From NCBI GenBank assembly GCA_004431415.1, contig QPMI01000569.1:124001-188000 (forward strand): a DNA stretch of 64,000 nt, read 5' to 3'. This stretch comes from Cyanophora paradoxa CCMP329 (lineage: Eukaryota > Plantae > Glaucophyta). The notes beneath the pieces were generated by a model. It was not told where the DNA came from. It was given only the letters and a program-made list of their open reading frames with translations, and searched no databases. Positions 11,713 to 24,142 of this stretch are shown here, piece by piece; positions within the stretch are counted from its first letter, which is position 1, and the number at the start of each line of letters is the position of its first letter. The translations under genes and the position numbers were made by a program.

Positions 11713-12898
11713 GGTCCAACCTCGGCATGTTGAAGTCTCCTGGGGTATCTGGGGCCGAATCGCGCCCCGTTACCATACGTACGCTGCGAGGGGGCGACAC
11801 TCGCAATGCATATGCTTTTTATCAGACATTCGGGCGCTAAGAGCTGTTCCTCAACAATCAACAAGCTCCGCGTTTCCCACTTGAACATATACACATCGCG
11901 GTTTTGGCCTTTCATTTCGCAACTTTCAATGCTTCTCGAGTGTCTGAGTGCTTAGTTTCTTGATTCCAGAGTAGCAGACTCTGACATCTTAGATTTGATA
12001 TCGTAGTATCGATAGCGTTGTACATGTGCGATGCGGTAGCATCGCTTCAGTCCCGATGATCGCCAGTGATGCCGTAATGGCCGGAGACTGATTCTAATTA
12101 GAATATGTGGTTGTGAGAGTCAACAACCGGTACCACGTGCACCGATTTGCGCTGCGATCTTTATTAAACGCATGAAGTGTATTTCTGACGTCAGTAATAT
12201 GTAGTACTATCAATATCTTCAGCAAGATAGCTGTGTCTAGAGCCTCGGCTCATGATCATGATCAAGATCTTTCGAGGCTTCTGTAAATGAGCGTCAAGAA
12301 TGCTTATCCTGCATTTTTTTGCAGCAGATGCAGTTGTCGTTTACAATTGCGAGAATGCTTCAAGGCTGAATCCGGACCTTGAAATCCAGTAGTTCGACCC
12401 GTGTATTGTGATGTGGTGGTATGAATTCAAAAGTGTGAACCATATGCATGTCCGACGGTCCACACCAATCATGAATGCCGCACCATTGATATCATGGTCA
12501 AGGCATGACCTGAACCTCGGCCATGGCCTTCGAATTCAAATAACCACGTGCACCGGATTACATGTACACTGCTTTAAATTCTTCAATTGCAAGTGCACGT
12601 GCACATGCACGGTGCACAGTGCACGCGCATGTAAACTGCAGCGCTAGCTGAAACCGTTGATCTTGAACTTCGAATTCGCATCTTTAATGGCTGTGCGCCA
12701 TAACTAATTATATAACTGTACAGCTATAGCTACATGTCCGTATACGTATGCAGTAATACCGCACTTCATGATCATGCACGTAAGATCTAGATAATTCTGC
12801 GAGCAACGTTAACGCAACGCCGCACGGAGCTTGATTGCGATTGCGCATGCGAGGGGCGGTGCATGGAGGCGACGGAGCTGGGGCCCGGGGCGGGGCGG

Positions 12899-15800
12899 CT
12901 AGGCGCGGGGGGCGGCGTCGTCGCCCTCCTCGACGCGGTCGTAGAAGCGCTGCAGGTACCGCACGTCCGCCACCACGCTCCGAGGGATCAGCTGCGCCCC
13001 CTTCGCGCCTGAGCCGCCCCGCCGGCGCCGGCGCCGCGCCCCGGGCCCTCCGAGATCGGCGAGCACGCGCACCTGGAGGAGCTGGACGGTGCGGTTCGAC
13101 TCCGACTGGAGCTTCCTCACCATCGGCCGGAAGAGGAACACTGCCGCGGCGCGGGCGCGCCTCATGGTCAGGGCACGCCGATGGGTGCCACCGACGATTA
13201 ATTTTATCGATTGCGCTGGAAGCTTAAATTGAAAGTCGGCGCGCGCACCGTACATGGCGACAAGGAAGGAAACGTTGAATGCGAACAAGATACCCTGGAC
13301 CATCCCCACTGCCGCCGGATCGCGCGCGCGAGTAATTATAAGCCCGAGCTTCAGGCCGACGAGGAGCGCAATTTGGATTCCAACGGACCGAGGTCGAGCT
13401 GGGCGTTGGTCTCCTTGAAGAAGAGGTCGATCGATTGCTCCAGCGCCGGCCGCAGGTGCCTGGACCCGACTCAGCATCCCGGTTGGATATCGATGGACGA
13501 TGGGCCGAAGGCGGGGGCAGGGTGGGGTGGGGGGTGGGGGGGGGGGGGGGGGGGTGGGGGGGGGGGGGGGGGGAGGGGCGCACTTGTGCCAGACGGTCTG
13601 GCAGTCTTGCAGCTCGCTCGACTCGTCCACGCGGGCCTTCCACCCGACCTTGTAGCAGCGCACCTCCCCGGGGCACGCCCGGTCCTGCCCCCCGCGCCGC
13701 AAGCGTGAGGCGCCAGCGCAGCGAGCTCGAGGCGTCGGCCGCGGGGGCAGGGGCTATAGCTAGGCTCGGGTCGCGCTGGCGCACGTCGCGGACGTTGCCG
13801 AGCCAGTCGAGGAAGACCTGCATCATCGCGAACATGCCCCGCCTGCACGCATGCGCACACGCGGCGCGCGAGCGATCAGGCGGCAGCCGAGGCCGCGAGG
13901 GACCCGCGTCCGCGGGAGGCCCGCGCCGGGCGCTCGCGTCGCCCGCACCCGTAGAAGTCGATGTCGCGGGGGTCGGAGAAGGGGCAGGGCCCCCCGAAGG
14001 AGGCGTCTCGGATGTCCATCCCGTTCTCCTCCCCGTACCGCGCCGGCCGGATCGAGCAGATCGGGTAGTACTGCACCCCCCCACGTACGCGTGATCAGAG
14101 TCGGCATTTGATCTCGAGGGGCCGGGCGCCCCGGGACGCGCGTTGAGCTTGTCCTGGGGGAGGAAGCGGTTGTCGGCGCCCATGAGCCCCAGGGACGCGT
14201 TCCCGTGCTTCAGGCCTGCATAGGCGGGGGCGGGGCCGGGCGGGGCGTGAGCGGGATCCGGAAAGTGCCGTTAACGTTGGTTCGCCCCGCCGGTGGCCCC
14301 TATAGCTAGCCCCCCGCACCGAAGTCGAGGATCTCGAGCCGCTCGATCGCGTCGCTCAGGTATTGCAGGATCTGCGAGCCGGGCGTCGGCGAGCTGCGGG
14401 GCGCGGCCGGGCCCAGGGGCGGCGAGCCGAGGCGCGGATCCGGACCTCCTCGCGCGTCTCGACCAGCGTCCCGTCGTTGACGAACGCCTGCGCCCGAGAG
14501 CCGAAATTAAGAAATTCGATGCCGAGGGCATCGATCCCAGCCTGTGACGCCCCGACCGCAACGCACCTCGCGGGCGTAGAAGATGGACGCTGCGCCATTG
14601 CGGACGACCAGGACACCATCAGGGAATCGGATGAATTTCGAGAGGGATGCAGGGCGGGGCGCACTGCGGGCGATCTGGCGGCGCTCCGTCGCGTAGAGGA
14701 CGTCGCTCCCGAACGCCTCCACCGCCGTCATGAAGTAGAAGCTCTGCCGACGCGGACGCATTTTTAATTTCGCACTTCTCCGAAGAGATTCAAGCCAACG
14801 TTTACGTGCACAACGCACGCTGGCAAAGTTGGCGGCGGAGACGCAGACGATGATGAAGAAGGCGGTAATGTAGCGCTTCCGCAGCTTGCCTGCCCGCGGC
14901 AAATTTGCGCGACGTCAGCTTGAGGCTTGCAAATTAAATTTCTCAGAGCTGCGAAAATTAAAGCCGAAGCCGGCGTTGGCGGACCGATGACCGAGTTGCC
15001 GCTGGACTCGGCGCCCTCCGCCGCGCCCGCCGCCTTCTGCGCTCGAAGCCCACCGCGATCAGCCGCTTGACGCTCAACCCGCCGAAACTGAAACCCGCCT
15101 TGGCGTCGGCGGCGGAGGCGGCCTTCTTCGCCTCCCTGGGGCGGCCCTCGTCCTCCGACGCGCCCTCCCCGTGCCGCCCCTCGCGCTCGCGCTCGCCCTC
15201 GTGGTCGGCCCGGGCCGGCTTCGCCTTGAGGATGCCCGCCAGGCTCCCGGGCGGGCTCCTCCCCGCCGCGTACTTCGCCGCCGCCCTGCGGCACCGCCGC
15301 GCCCGGCCCGGCGCCGTCAGCCCTGACGACGACGACGGCGAGCGCGAATTCGAAGAGAGGCGGCGGCGGCGCACTTGGGCGCCCGCTTCCCGCGCCCGCG
15401 CGCCCCGCCCCCGCCCCCGCCGCCGTCGCTCGAGTCGGAGTCGCCGCGGGCCTTCGAGAGCTGGAGGAAGACCGGCTTCTCCTCCCCGCGCCGCCCCTTC
15501 CCGCCTTTGGGCTTGCCGGCCCTCGCCGCCTTGGGCTTGGGCTTCCCCTGCTCCCGCTCCGCCAGCACCTCGTCGGACGCCACGTGGTGCACCTGGCGCG
15601 CCGCCGGGCGTCAGGCGCGAGTGGCCCGCGAGCAGAGCACCGAGGATCGGGGCGCTCGCCTTAGGGCCGCGGTTGAACGTGACGCTCGCGCGGCGCCCCC
15701 TGCCCGAGTGCCCGTGCCCGCGCTGCTTGGCGGGCCCGCCCGCCGGCGGGGAGGCCGCCCCGCTCGCGAGGCCCCCGAGCTCCTTGCGCGCCCCGCCCGC

Positions 15801-18800
15801 GCTCGGGCCCCTCTCGACCACCAGCGCCGCCTACGCGCGGAGCCCTCGGAATCAGGAGATATAGAGGGCGGACGCGCGGCCGGGAGGACGGGGAGGCGCC
15901 GCGCCTGTGCGGCGAGGAGGACGCGGTCCGTCTCGAGCTCTTCGCCCGTCGGGCTCTTCGACCCGCCCCGCCGCCCCGCGCCCCGCCCCTCCCCCGCCCC
16001 CAACGCCGACCCCGCTCCGTCCGCAGCCGGTTGCGGCGCGAACTTCGCGCCGTCCACGCTGCGGAGGGAGGGGTCACACCCGGACCGGAGGAGGGCCCGG
16101 GCACGAGACCCGGGGCCGGGGCGGGGCGCACATGGCGTCGATGGTGGCGCTGCGCCCCGAGCGCGAGTGCGGGTCGACGGCGCCGGCGGCCCCGCTGAGC
16201 TGGGCGAGGGAGAGCACGAGCGGCGCCGGCGCCGGCGGCTGCGGCTGCGCGCGCTCGGAGCCGCCGGGGCTGGACGGGCCGCTCAGCGCCAGCGTCGCCG
16301 AGCTGCGCGCCGCCGCGACCTCGACCTCGAGCGCGAGCCCCGACCTTGGCGCCTTCGGGTCCGGGCCGGCGCTCCCGCGCAGGTCGGAGCTGGAGGAGGC
16401 GGGGGACATCCCTTCGAAGAGGTCGCTGCGCACGGCCGACGCCCCCGCCCGCCCCTTGCGCTTCGGGTCGGCGTCGGCGTCGCCATCGGCGTCGGCCCCC
16501 TCCTCGCCGCCGTCGTCGCTTTCGGCCCCGCGCGCGCTCAGCCGCTCCACCGCATCGTCCTCGTCGTCTGCGCGCTGCGCGGGCGTCATGATTACCGACA
16601 GACGAATTCGAACGTCACTGAGCGAGGCCGCCGACGGCACCTGCGCCGGGTCGTCGTCGTCCTCGGCGTCGACCCCGGCCCCGGGGGCGCCGTCCTCCTC
16701 CTCGCCGTCGGCCTCGGGCTCGTGCTCGTGCCCGCCCTCGTCCTCCAGCTCGTGCTCGTCCGCGTCCGCCGCCGCCGCCCGCGCCTTGCTGTAGTGCTTC
16801 GCCCGCTCCTGCGCGCGACTCGCTTCAGAAATCGAACGAGTATTAATGTAGCGGAGGAAATCAAAGGACCTTGAAGATGCGACGGGGGATGGAGGAGAGA
16901 ATATCCTGCACTCCGCGCTGGTTCTTCGCGACGGAGCGGAACGCGGGCTCGAACACCGCCTGTGGGACCGGCCCGGCCGCGGTCAGCGCCTAACACGAGC
17001 CGCCATCCGAGCCGAGCCGCGGCCGCGGGTCGCGGGTGCGCACCAGGCAGAGGGCGATGACGAATCCGACGTTGATGGCAAAGAGGATGCCGGCGATGCC
17101 GCGGTTCGACGAGTTCACCTCCTTTAGCTGCGCGCGCGCGCGCCGCGGCCGCCGCTCGACGGTCAATTGCAAGTCGGCACAGAAAGCAACGGCAGAATGG
17201 ATCGAAACGAAAATGTTTGAGTGGGGCGCACGCGGTCGGCGACGAGGTGGCTGATGTCCGTGAGGCGGGGGAGGAGGACCTTGATGGCGTTGATCATCAT
17301 CGACCTGCCCCGGCGCCGTTGAATAATTATAACGTTTAACCTTGCAGGCCACAAGCTAGACATAGCTATGCAGAAATTATTAGAGCGCAGAAACGCGGCG
17401 GATGATACCGGAAGGCGACGTTGTTGACGGGATCCGCAGCCTGAGGCACGCGGGGGATCGAAATTTAGATGGAGGACGTGGACAGGAGGAAAAATGGAAC
17501 GCATCGCGGATATCTAGATCTAGAGCCGGGCACCTGCTCGATGCCTCCGTGGGCGAAGTCGCGCGCGTGTTTGATGAACAGGTTGATCGCGTCTGAGCAG
17601 CCGATTCAAGCGACTCGCCTCGAGAAACAGTGCAAGTAACGCGTGGATGCGCAAGGCGCATGCGCACCGTAGAGGGCGTGCTTGGTGAACTTCACCTCCA
17701 GCGGCCGCGCCTGCGTCACCTTGTAGTGGTTGACCAGCACCTTCGTCCACTGGTCGTTGATCACCGCGTCCGACACCACCGCTGCGCGCGCAGCGTCAGA
17801 GGGGTGAGAGCATGCCGGCTTACAGAGGCCGCGCGCACGTATGTCGCTGGGATAGTACGCGAAGATCCAAAGACCGATGAAGCTGCGCATGCGGCGAGCG
17901 TGTAAAATTAAACATCGACGGAACTGAACGGGGCTCCGTGGTCGAGTACACGTGGGACCGTCGGACGCACGGGTGCTCGAACTCGTTGATGGCCTTCGTC
18001 ATCTGATCCACGTGGTGCTCGTATATGGTGCGGTTGCCTGCTCGGAAACGGTCGTGATTACGGCACGCGACCCATGCACGTGCGCGCGTGCAGCTCGCAA
18101 AGGCTCTCACCGGCGTCCGCCTGGGAGTCCACCCCGGGGGCGCCCGTCATGTTCTGCGCCGCGAGCGCCAGGGAGCGCCCCGAGAAGAGCACGTCCTGCA
18201 ATATCAATGCCGCCGTCGACGTCAGACGTCGACCATGTCGACGGAACTGAAACGAAAGGCAGACCGCCAGGTAGGCGGCCTCCATGGATATCACGCGCGA
18301 GTGCGCCACGCTGCGGCGCGCTCCCCGCGTGAGCTGCCCCTGCAGGCGCAGCGTGCCGCTGAGCGGCACCGGTTGCTGAAGTCGGTGTTGAGGAGCTTGG
18401 AGACGGCGAAGAGGACGGCGCCGATGACGACCAGCGTCAGCATCCCCCCCAGGATCCCCCACGAGAGCTTCTTCACAGAGTTGGTCTCCTTTTGCGCGAG
18501 GCGGAACGTGACGCGGCGTCGTCGCCTGATCACGAAGGGGTGGACGTCGGTGAGAGAGAATTTGCGAAGAGGACGTCGACGGCAATGACAACGTTTTATC
18601 TAATGGAACTGAAGCGCACCGAACGACGCCGGTCGCGCTGCCCTGGCTGCTGCTGTGCTTCGAGCTCTCGCTCTCGCTCGCGCTGCCGTCGGGGCCGAGG
18701 GCGCCCCCGACGCGGTTCTTGGCGCGCGCGTCGAGCATCTGCTTGTGCTCGATCTCGTCGGCCTTGCGGTAGAAGGTGGAGGCCGCCTCGGGGTCGACGA

Positions 18801-21800
18801 GGACGTCCTCGCAGAACTTCCCGTAGCTGCGGAGCAGCACTTTGGACGTTCCGTACCTGCGCGAGAGGAACGGGCACGAGCGAGTTAAAAAACATGGAAA
18901 ATCGAACGCAAAACCCATCCATCAATTATGAATAAAGCACTTCTCGAGGAGGGAGGTGTAGGCGGCCTGGGCGGCGTCCTTCTGCTCGCCGATCTGCTCG
19001 AGCTTCTGGCGGACGTCGTCGGCGGCGCCCGGCGCATCGAAGTTGGCGCGCCGCAGGCTCGTCCAGAACTGGCCCAGCAGCTGCAGCGTCTTCTGGTGCG
19101 CCGCCTGCGCCTTGCTGTAGAACCCGCGGAACTCCAGCAGCTGCGCGCATCCGGCCGCCGCGTCAGGGTGCAATTTGTACACCGCCAGCGGCATCGATAT
19201 CGCATCCACATACTTGAACGTAGGACATGCCGTCCGCCCCGCCAACGCCGTCCGCGTGCGCCTTCTGCTCGCTCTCGCTGCGGGGCTCCCCGTCAGGGCT
19301 CGATCGATATATATCTCGAATTCGCGTTTGCACGGATGCCGCACCGGCGGAGGGCCAGGAGGAAGTAGCGGAAGTCGAACTTGGGCTGAGGGATATTAAT
19401 CGAAGAAATCAGAATACGGACGGGAGCCACGGGCCAGGCGCGGGCCGCGCGGGGCCGGACCTTGCACTTCCACGCGGACTTGATGAGCGGCATCGCCCCA
19501 TGCGACTCGGCGTGCGTCGCCAGGAACTTCGCGTAGCTGCCGGGCGCGTGCTCGAGTTGAAGATTCGAAAAGCTCGAAGAGGGGCGCCGGGGCGGGCGGG
19601 CGCACGCGAGGCGGACGAAGGCGCTGCTGGGGAACTGGAGGAGGCCGCGCTCGAAGATCTCCGTCGCCTCCTCGACCTCCAGCGCCGAGGGCGCGTTCTT
19701 CGCGGTCTCTTCGTCAAAGATGCTTCGATTCGGAAAGATCAGGGCGGGAGGGGGCACCTTCAGGGAGCCCGTGACGAGGAAGCGGGTGGCGAGCTCGACG
19801 TCCGTGTCCATCAGGAACACGCGTGTCTCCTCGTCCTCCGCCCCCGCCTGCTCACGCGCGTCGACGTCCCCGTCATGATCAGAGGCATTTGCAGCTCGGC
19901 GACGGGACGTGCGCACGGGATCGAGGTGCGTCTCCATGCTGGGCCGGTGGCGCTTGTACAGCAGCCGGAGGCGGAGCCCTGCGACGTCCGCCGCCGCTCA
20001 GGGCGCCGACGAGGCGCCAGAGCAGGGTCCGGGGCGGCGGGGGCGCACGGGTGGCGTAGACGCCGAGGGGGAACGAGCCGGCGACGAGGAGGAGGAAGAA
20101 GACGGAGGCGGCGACCTTGCTGGCGTCCCCCTGCGCCCCCACGAACCCCAGCTGCGCCGGCCCCGGCCCGGTCGGCCGAGGCGGAGGCGGAGGCGGAGCT
20201 CGAGGCGGCGGAGCGGGGGCGGACGGCGAAGGAGCCGAGGGCGAAGACGCAGGCGGCGACGAGGAGGCTCGCCCGGAACTCGTTCGCCCGGCGCTCGTAG
20301 AAGGGCTGCCCCCCCACGCGCCCCCGCCCCCGATCAGTTCGCTGAATTCCCGGCCCGGCCCCGGCCCGCGCGCCTGGACGAGGATGAAGTAGGCGGCGGC
20401 GGCGCCGGTGAGCAGGAAGAGGGTGAAGTTGATGAGCGGCTCGGAGGGCAGGAAGAAGTTGAAGAAGACGCCGATCTGCGCGCCGGGCCGAGGGCCGCTC
20501 GCGTCGGCGGCGGCTACGACGACCGGGGCGGGGCGGGACGGGAGGGGGGGCGGGGCGGACGGTGCGGACGGCGAGGTAGAGGAGCTCGCCGCGGCCGTGC
20601 ACGCGCGCCTCCGGGTCGATGCTGCGCCCGCCCCGCCCCGCTCGCCCCCGGCCCGGCGGAGGGGGGCGGTGGGGCGGGCGGGGGACGCGCCTGCGGGGGT
20701 TCGAGTCGTGGTAGACGAGGGCGAGGACGGCGCAGAGGGGCAGGAAGAAGAGCAGCATCAGCAGCGCCACCCCCAGGTACAGCTGCCGCCGCCCCGTCCT
20801 CAGAGGAGCGCGGGGAGCCTCGGAGGCGGGAGGGGCGCCGGCGGCGGACCACGTGAGGAACGGCGAAGCAGCTCCTCGTGATCGCCTCGGCTGCAGAATG
20901 GCGTTCAGCGCCCTAGCGATCGGCTGCGGCTCGCGCGGGCCGGGGCGCTGGCGGGGCGGGGCGGGGCCCGGGCGCACGGTACGTGGGCGAGTTGACCTGG
21001 CAGACGAAGCTGGAGGCGAAGAGCTTCGCGACGAGGATGAAGGCCCCCGAGAGGTAGAGCTGCCCCCGGCCGCGGTACCGGTCGATGGCGGCGCGCGGGC
21101 GCCAGCGCGCGGGGCGCAGGGCGGACCTTGACGAGCCAGCGGAGGAGGCGGAGGGGGAGGAGGCCCAGCGGCAGCTTCTGCGTCTGCATGTTGTACCACG
21201 CGTAGACGCACATGCCTGCGCGGCCGCGACCGCGACCGATCGTGCGGGGCCCCTCGCTCAGAAAGGCGGATCGATCTCGGCCCGCGGCCGGGCCGGGCAG
21301 CGAGGGGGTGGGGATGGGGGGTGGGGGGGGGGTGGGGTGGGGGGGGCGAGTGGGGGTGGGGGGAGGGGGGTGGAATTGGGGGGGGGGGGGGTGGAGTGGG
21401 GTGGGTGGTGGGGGGTGGATTGGGGTGGGGTGGGTGGGGGGTAGGGGGGGGAAGAAGGGGGGGGGGGGGGGGGGGGGGGGGCGCCGCCGCACCTGCCGTC
21501 GCGAGCAGCAGAACTGTAAAGAGCCAGTAAATGAGCGGGTAGCTGACGTCGAAGTACGACTGCTGAGCGATCAGAGCAGCGCGCCGGCCATGGCCAGCGG
21601 GCGCGGGCGCGGGGGGCGCGCACGCGTATCCAGGACTGCGTGCCGCCGAGCCAGTATACGACGCGGTAGTCCCACGATGAAGCGTTCGCTGCGGCGTTGC
21701 AGGACGCGAGTGAGCCCTCAACGGCAGTTCAGAGCAGAGCCGGTGGGCGCGGGTGGCTCTGACCGGTGAGGGAGAGGAGGAAGAGGAAGTCGACGAGGTG

Positions 21801-22403
21801 GAGGGCGACCGTGGCGGCCGTGCGGTACTTGCCCCGCCTCTTCCTCGGCTTCTCGACCCGCGCAACGACCTGCCGCCCCGCCCGTCACCCACTCAGCCGA
21901 AGTATTTCTAATGCGCATGCGACTCCAAGCTTAAGACCCGAACACGTCGAACTCACCGCGTCCAGGACATTGAACAGAATAGTTTCTGCTCGAGATTGTG
22001 AGCTCAGAAATGCACATCTACTGTGCATGCAAAGAAGCCGACGCGGCGCACCGATTTTCCGTACTCGCAGCATCTCCGCATCGGCCTGCGCGAAATTCCC
22101 GACGTGCCTTAGAAATGCTGCACAGCCTGGAAATCGAGAGCGAGCTATAGCTATAGCTAAAATGCGACGCACAGAGTCATCGTCCCTGCCCGAGGCGCTG
22201 AGCCCCCCACTTGTCGCGCCGGGATCCCTCCTTGCAATGCCGAGGGAGAGCGGGGAAGCTGCGCCACCCATGCGCCCAGCGGCATTGCCTGAGATTTGGC
22301 TCAAGTTTCGACCGCGCGCCTGAAGTATAAGCCAAGCACGCAGCGGCGCACCCTGCCCATGCATGTGGTCACCAACAGCGCTGGTCAGGCCTTCGGTCTC
22401 CAT
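12899..22403 (-). CDS. TmcB/TmcC-like multi-pass membrane protein, paralog 2 (multi-exon)
   Basis: Exons include HLVDFLFLLSLT, LYLGVALLMLLFFLPLCAVLALVYHD, EIFERGLLQFPSSAFVRL, YGTSKVLLRSYGKFCEDVLVDPEAASTFYRKADEIEH, LKHGNASLGLMGADN, FRPMVRKLQSESNRTVQLLQLIPRSVV. Stop at 12899-12901. Start (METEG, ATG at 22403) uncertain. Confidence 0.75.
21303..21481. repeat. G-run-rich low-complexity tract (C-rich intron of paralog 2 on its sense strand)
   Basis: Many G4-G20 runs. Similar poly-C tracts occur at 24108-24142 and 31922-31954, and poly-G at about 13530-13573. Confidence 0.85.
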
Positions 22404-23208
22404 TGCTGGTATGTATACTCCGCTTGAGCTGGGCCGGCGAGCTTTCAACTCATTGCCCCCCGCTGCAGCTAGCTGCTGTTCCTTAAAGCCCGCGCATATG
22501 CATGTACGTGAGCGGTAACGTTAACGAGAGGAGTAATGCAGCTGCAGCTGAGCTGCATGCGCTGCATGCAGTCCGACGGTCAGCTAGCTCGAGGTTGCAA
22601 CTGTTCACGTGCTGCAGAGCGCCTGCGTACGCAGGCGCCCTGTCGCTCCTTAGCTAGCCGCAACCAGTCTTATCTAAAAGCGATCGAGCAGGAACTTCGG
22701 CACTAGCGCAAAGGGGTTGACTCTGCTCGCAAACCCAAGCTTCAAGAGCTGCAGCTGCACTGCGGCATGCGCAGCTCGCGCGCGCGCCGCGGCGCCTACG
22801 CAGGCTACGCTATACGGCGCAGCGTCGGCGCTACGCAGCCTTTGCCAGGTGTCCTACGTATACGCTGGCGGCGCCGCGCGCAGGCTGCGCTGCCGCCGCC
22901 GCTCGAGGCTGCGAGTTCGCTTCATGATCAGCGACTTTGGCCATGGGGTACGGCATTGTCTGGAAAGGACGCCTCGTTCAAACAATTACGGTACCCGTAC
23001 AGGCCTGGTCCTTTATGCCGGCGCCATGATCATGAGGCTGACATGAGCGCCAGCCGAGCGGCGCTGATGAGCGCACGCGACTCGGAGCGCTCGCCGAGTC
23101 GACGTCGAGGCGATCGGGTGACCGACAACTTACCGGTATCCGAGGATCGGATCATAGGCTTTCATAGCTAGTACTAGTATCGCGCGAGCTCGAGAGATCT
23201 GTGTGATC

Positions 23209-23228
23209 TGTGTGTGTGTGTGTGTGTG
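23209..23228. repeat. (TG)10 microsatellite in the divergent promoter region
   Basis: Read directly from sequence. Confidence 0.9.
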
Positions 23229-23433
23229 CACATGTACACGTACGCACACAGTTACCCAGCTGCAGGTAGCTGCAGCTAGGGCTGCGTTCAGGTTATGGAC
23301 TAGTACTGATAGAATTCGAAGCAAGCGCTAGCCCGCACAGCATGTGTACCGCGACTGCAGCAGCTTTTAAATTTGTGTAGCTCGTCGATTGGAGCAGCGG
23401 ATGTAAGCAAGCGCGGTGGCCAGGCGTCCAGCC

Positions 23434-24106
23434 ATGTCGAAGCCCCCATCCCTCAACGCGCTTCCGCTGCAGCTGCCGCTCCTTCAAGGCCCCGCTGCGG
23501 CCGCGGACCGGCCGCAGCTGTCGGCGATTGCGGACAGCGCGCGCGAGCTCGAGGGCGGCCATGCGGGCCCGGCGCAGGCGCAGACGACGCGGTCGGAGGG
23601 GCGGCGGCTCTCCTACCGCGGCCGCCGCCCCTCGCGGAGCGGCTCCATCGCCTCCGCGCGCTCCGGCGGCTCCGCCACGCCCAGTCTCACGGGCAAGGAG
23701 GCGGACGACCTCGTGCGCCCGCCCCGCGCCCCGCCTCGTCCGCGGCCCGCGCCCGGCCCGCGCCCGGCCCCGCGCCCGGCCCCGCTCAGACGCGGCGCGG
23801 CGCAGGCCGAGGCCGAGATGCTGAAGATCCGCAAGTTCGGTGCGCTCGCGCGCGGGCGCCCGCTTGCCCCGGGCGCCGCCCGCTCACGCTCCTGCGCGCG
23901 CCGACAGAGAACGTCCTCTTCAGCGTCATCTACGCGGCACGCCGCGCCGCGCCGCGCCCGCCCCCGCGTTGCGCGCTGAGCCGCGGGCGGGGCAGATGAC
24001 TGCGCGGAGCGGGCAGCGCGTCGGCTTCATCGAGATGCTCTCCTCCGTCTTCGGCCTTGCCATCTCCGGTCCGCTGCCGCCGCGCCGGCCCTAACGCGGG
24101 CGGCTC

Positions 24107-24142
<36 letters not shown>

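Noticed and set aside
13310-13390. Hydrophobic in-frame stretch (VGIQIALLVGLKLGLII) as a second alternative TM exon in paralog 2
   Set aside because: It lies directly after the donor with no acceptor or donor of its own; most likely ordinary intron.
22717-23171. ORFs in the spacer between paralogs 2 and 3
   Set aside because: No recognisable motif, splice chain or coding-like bias.
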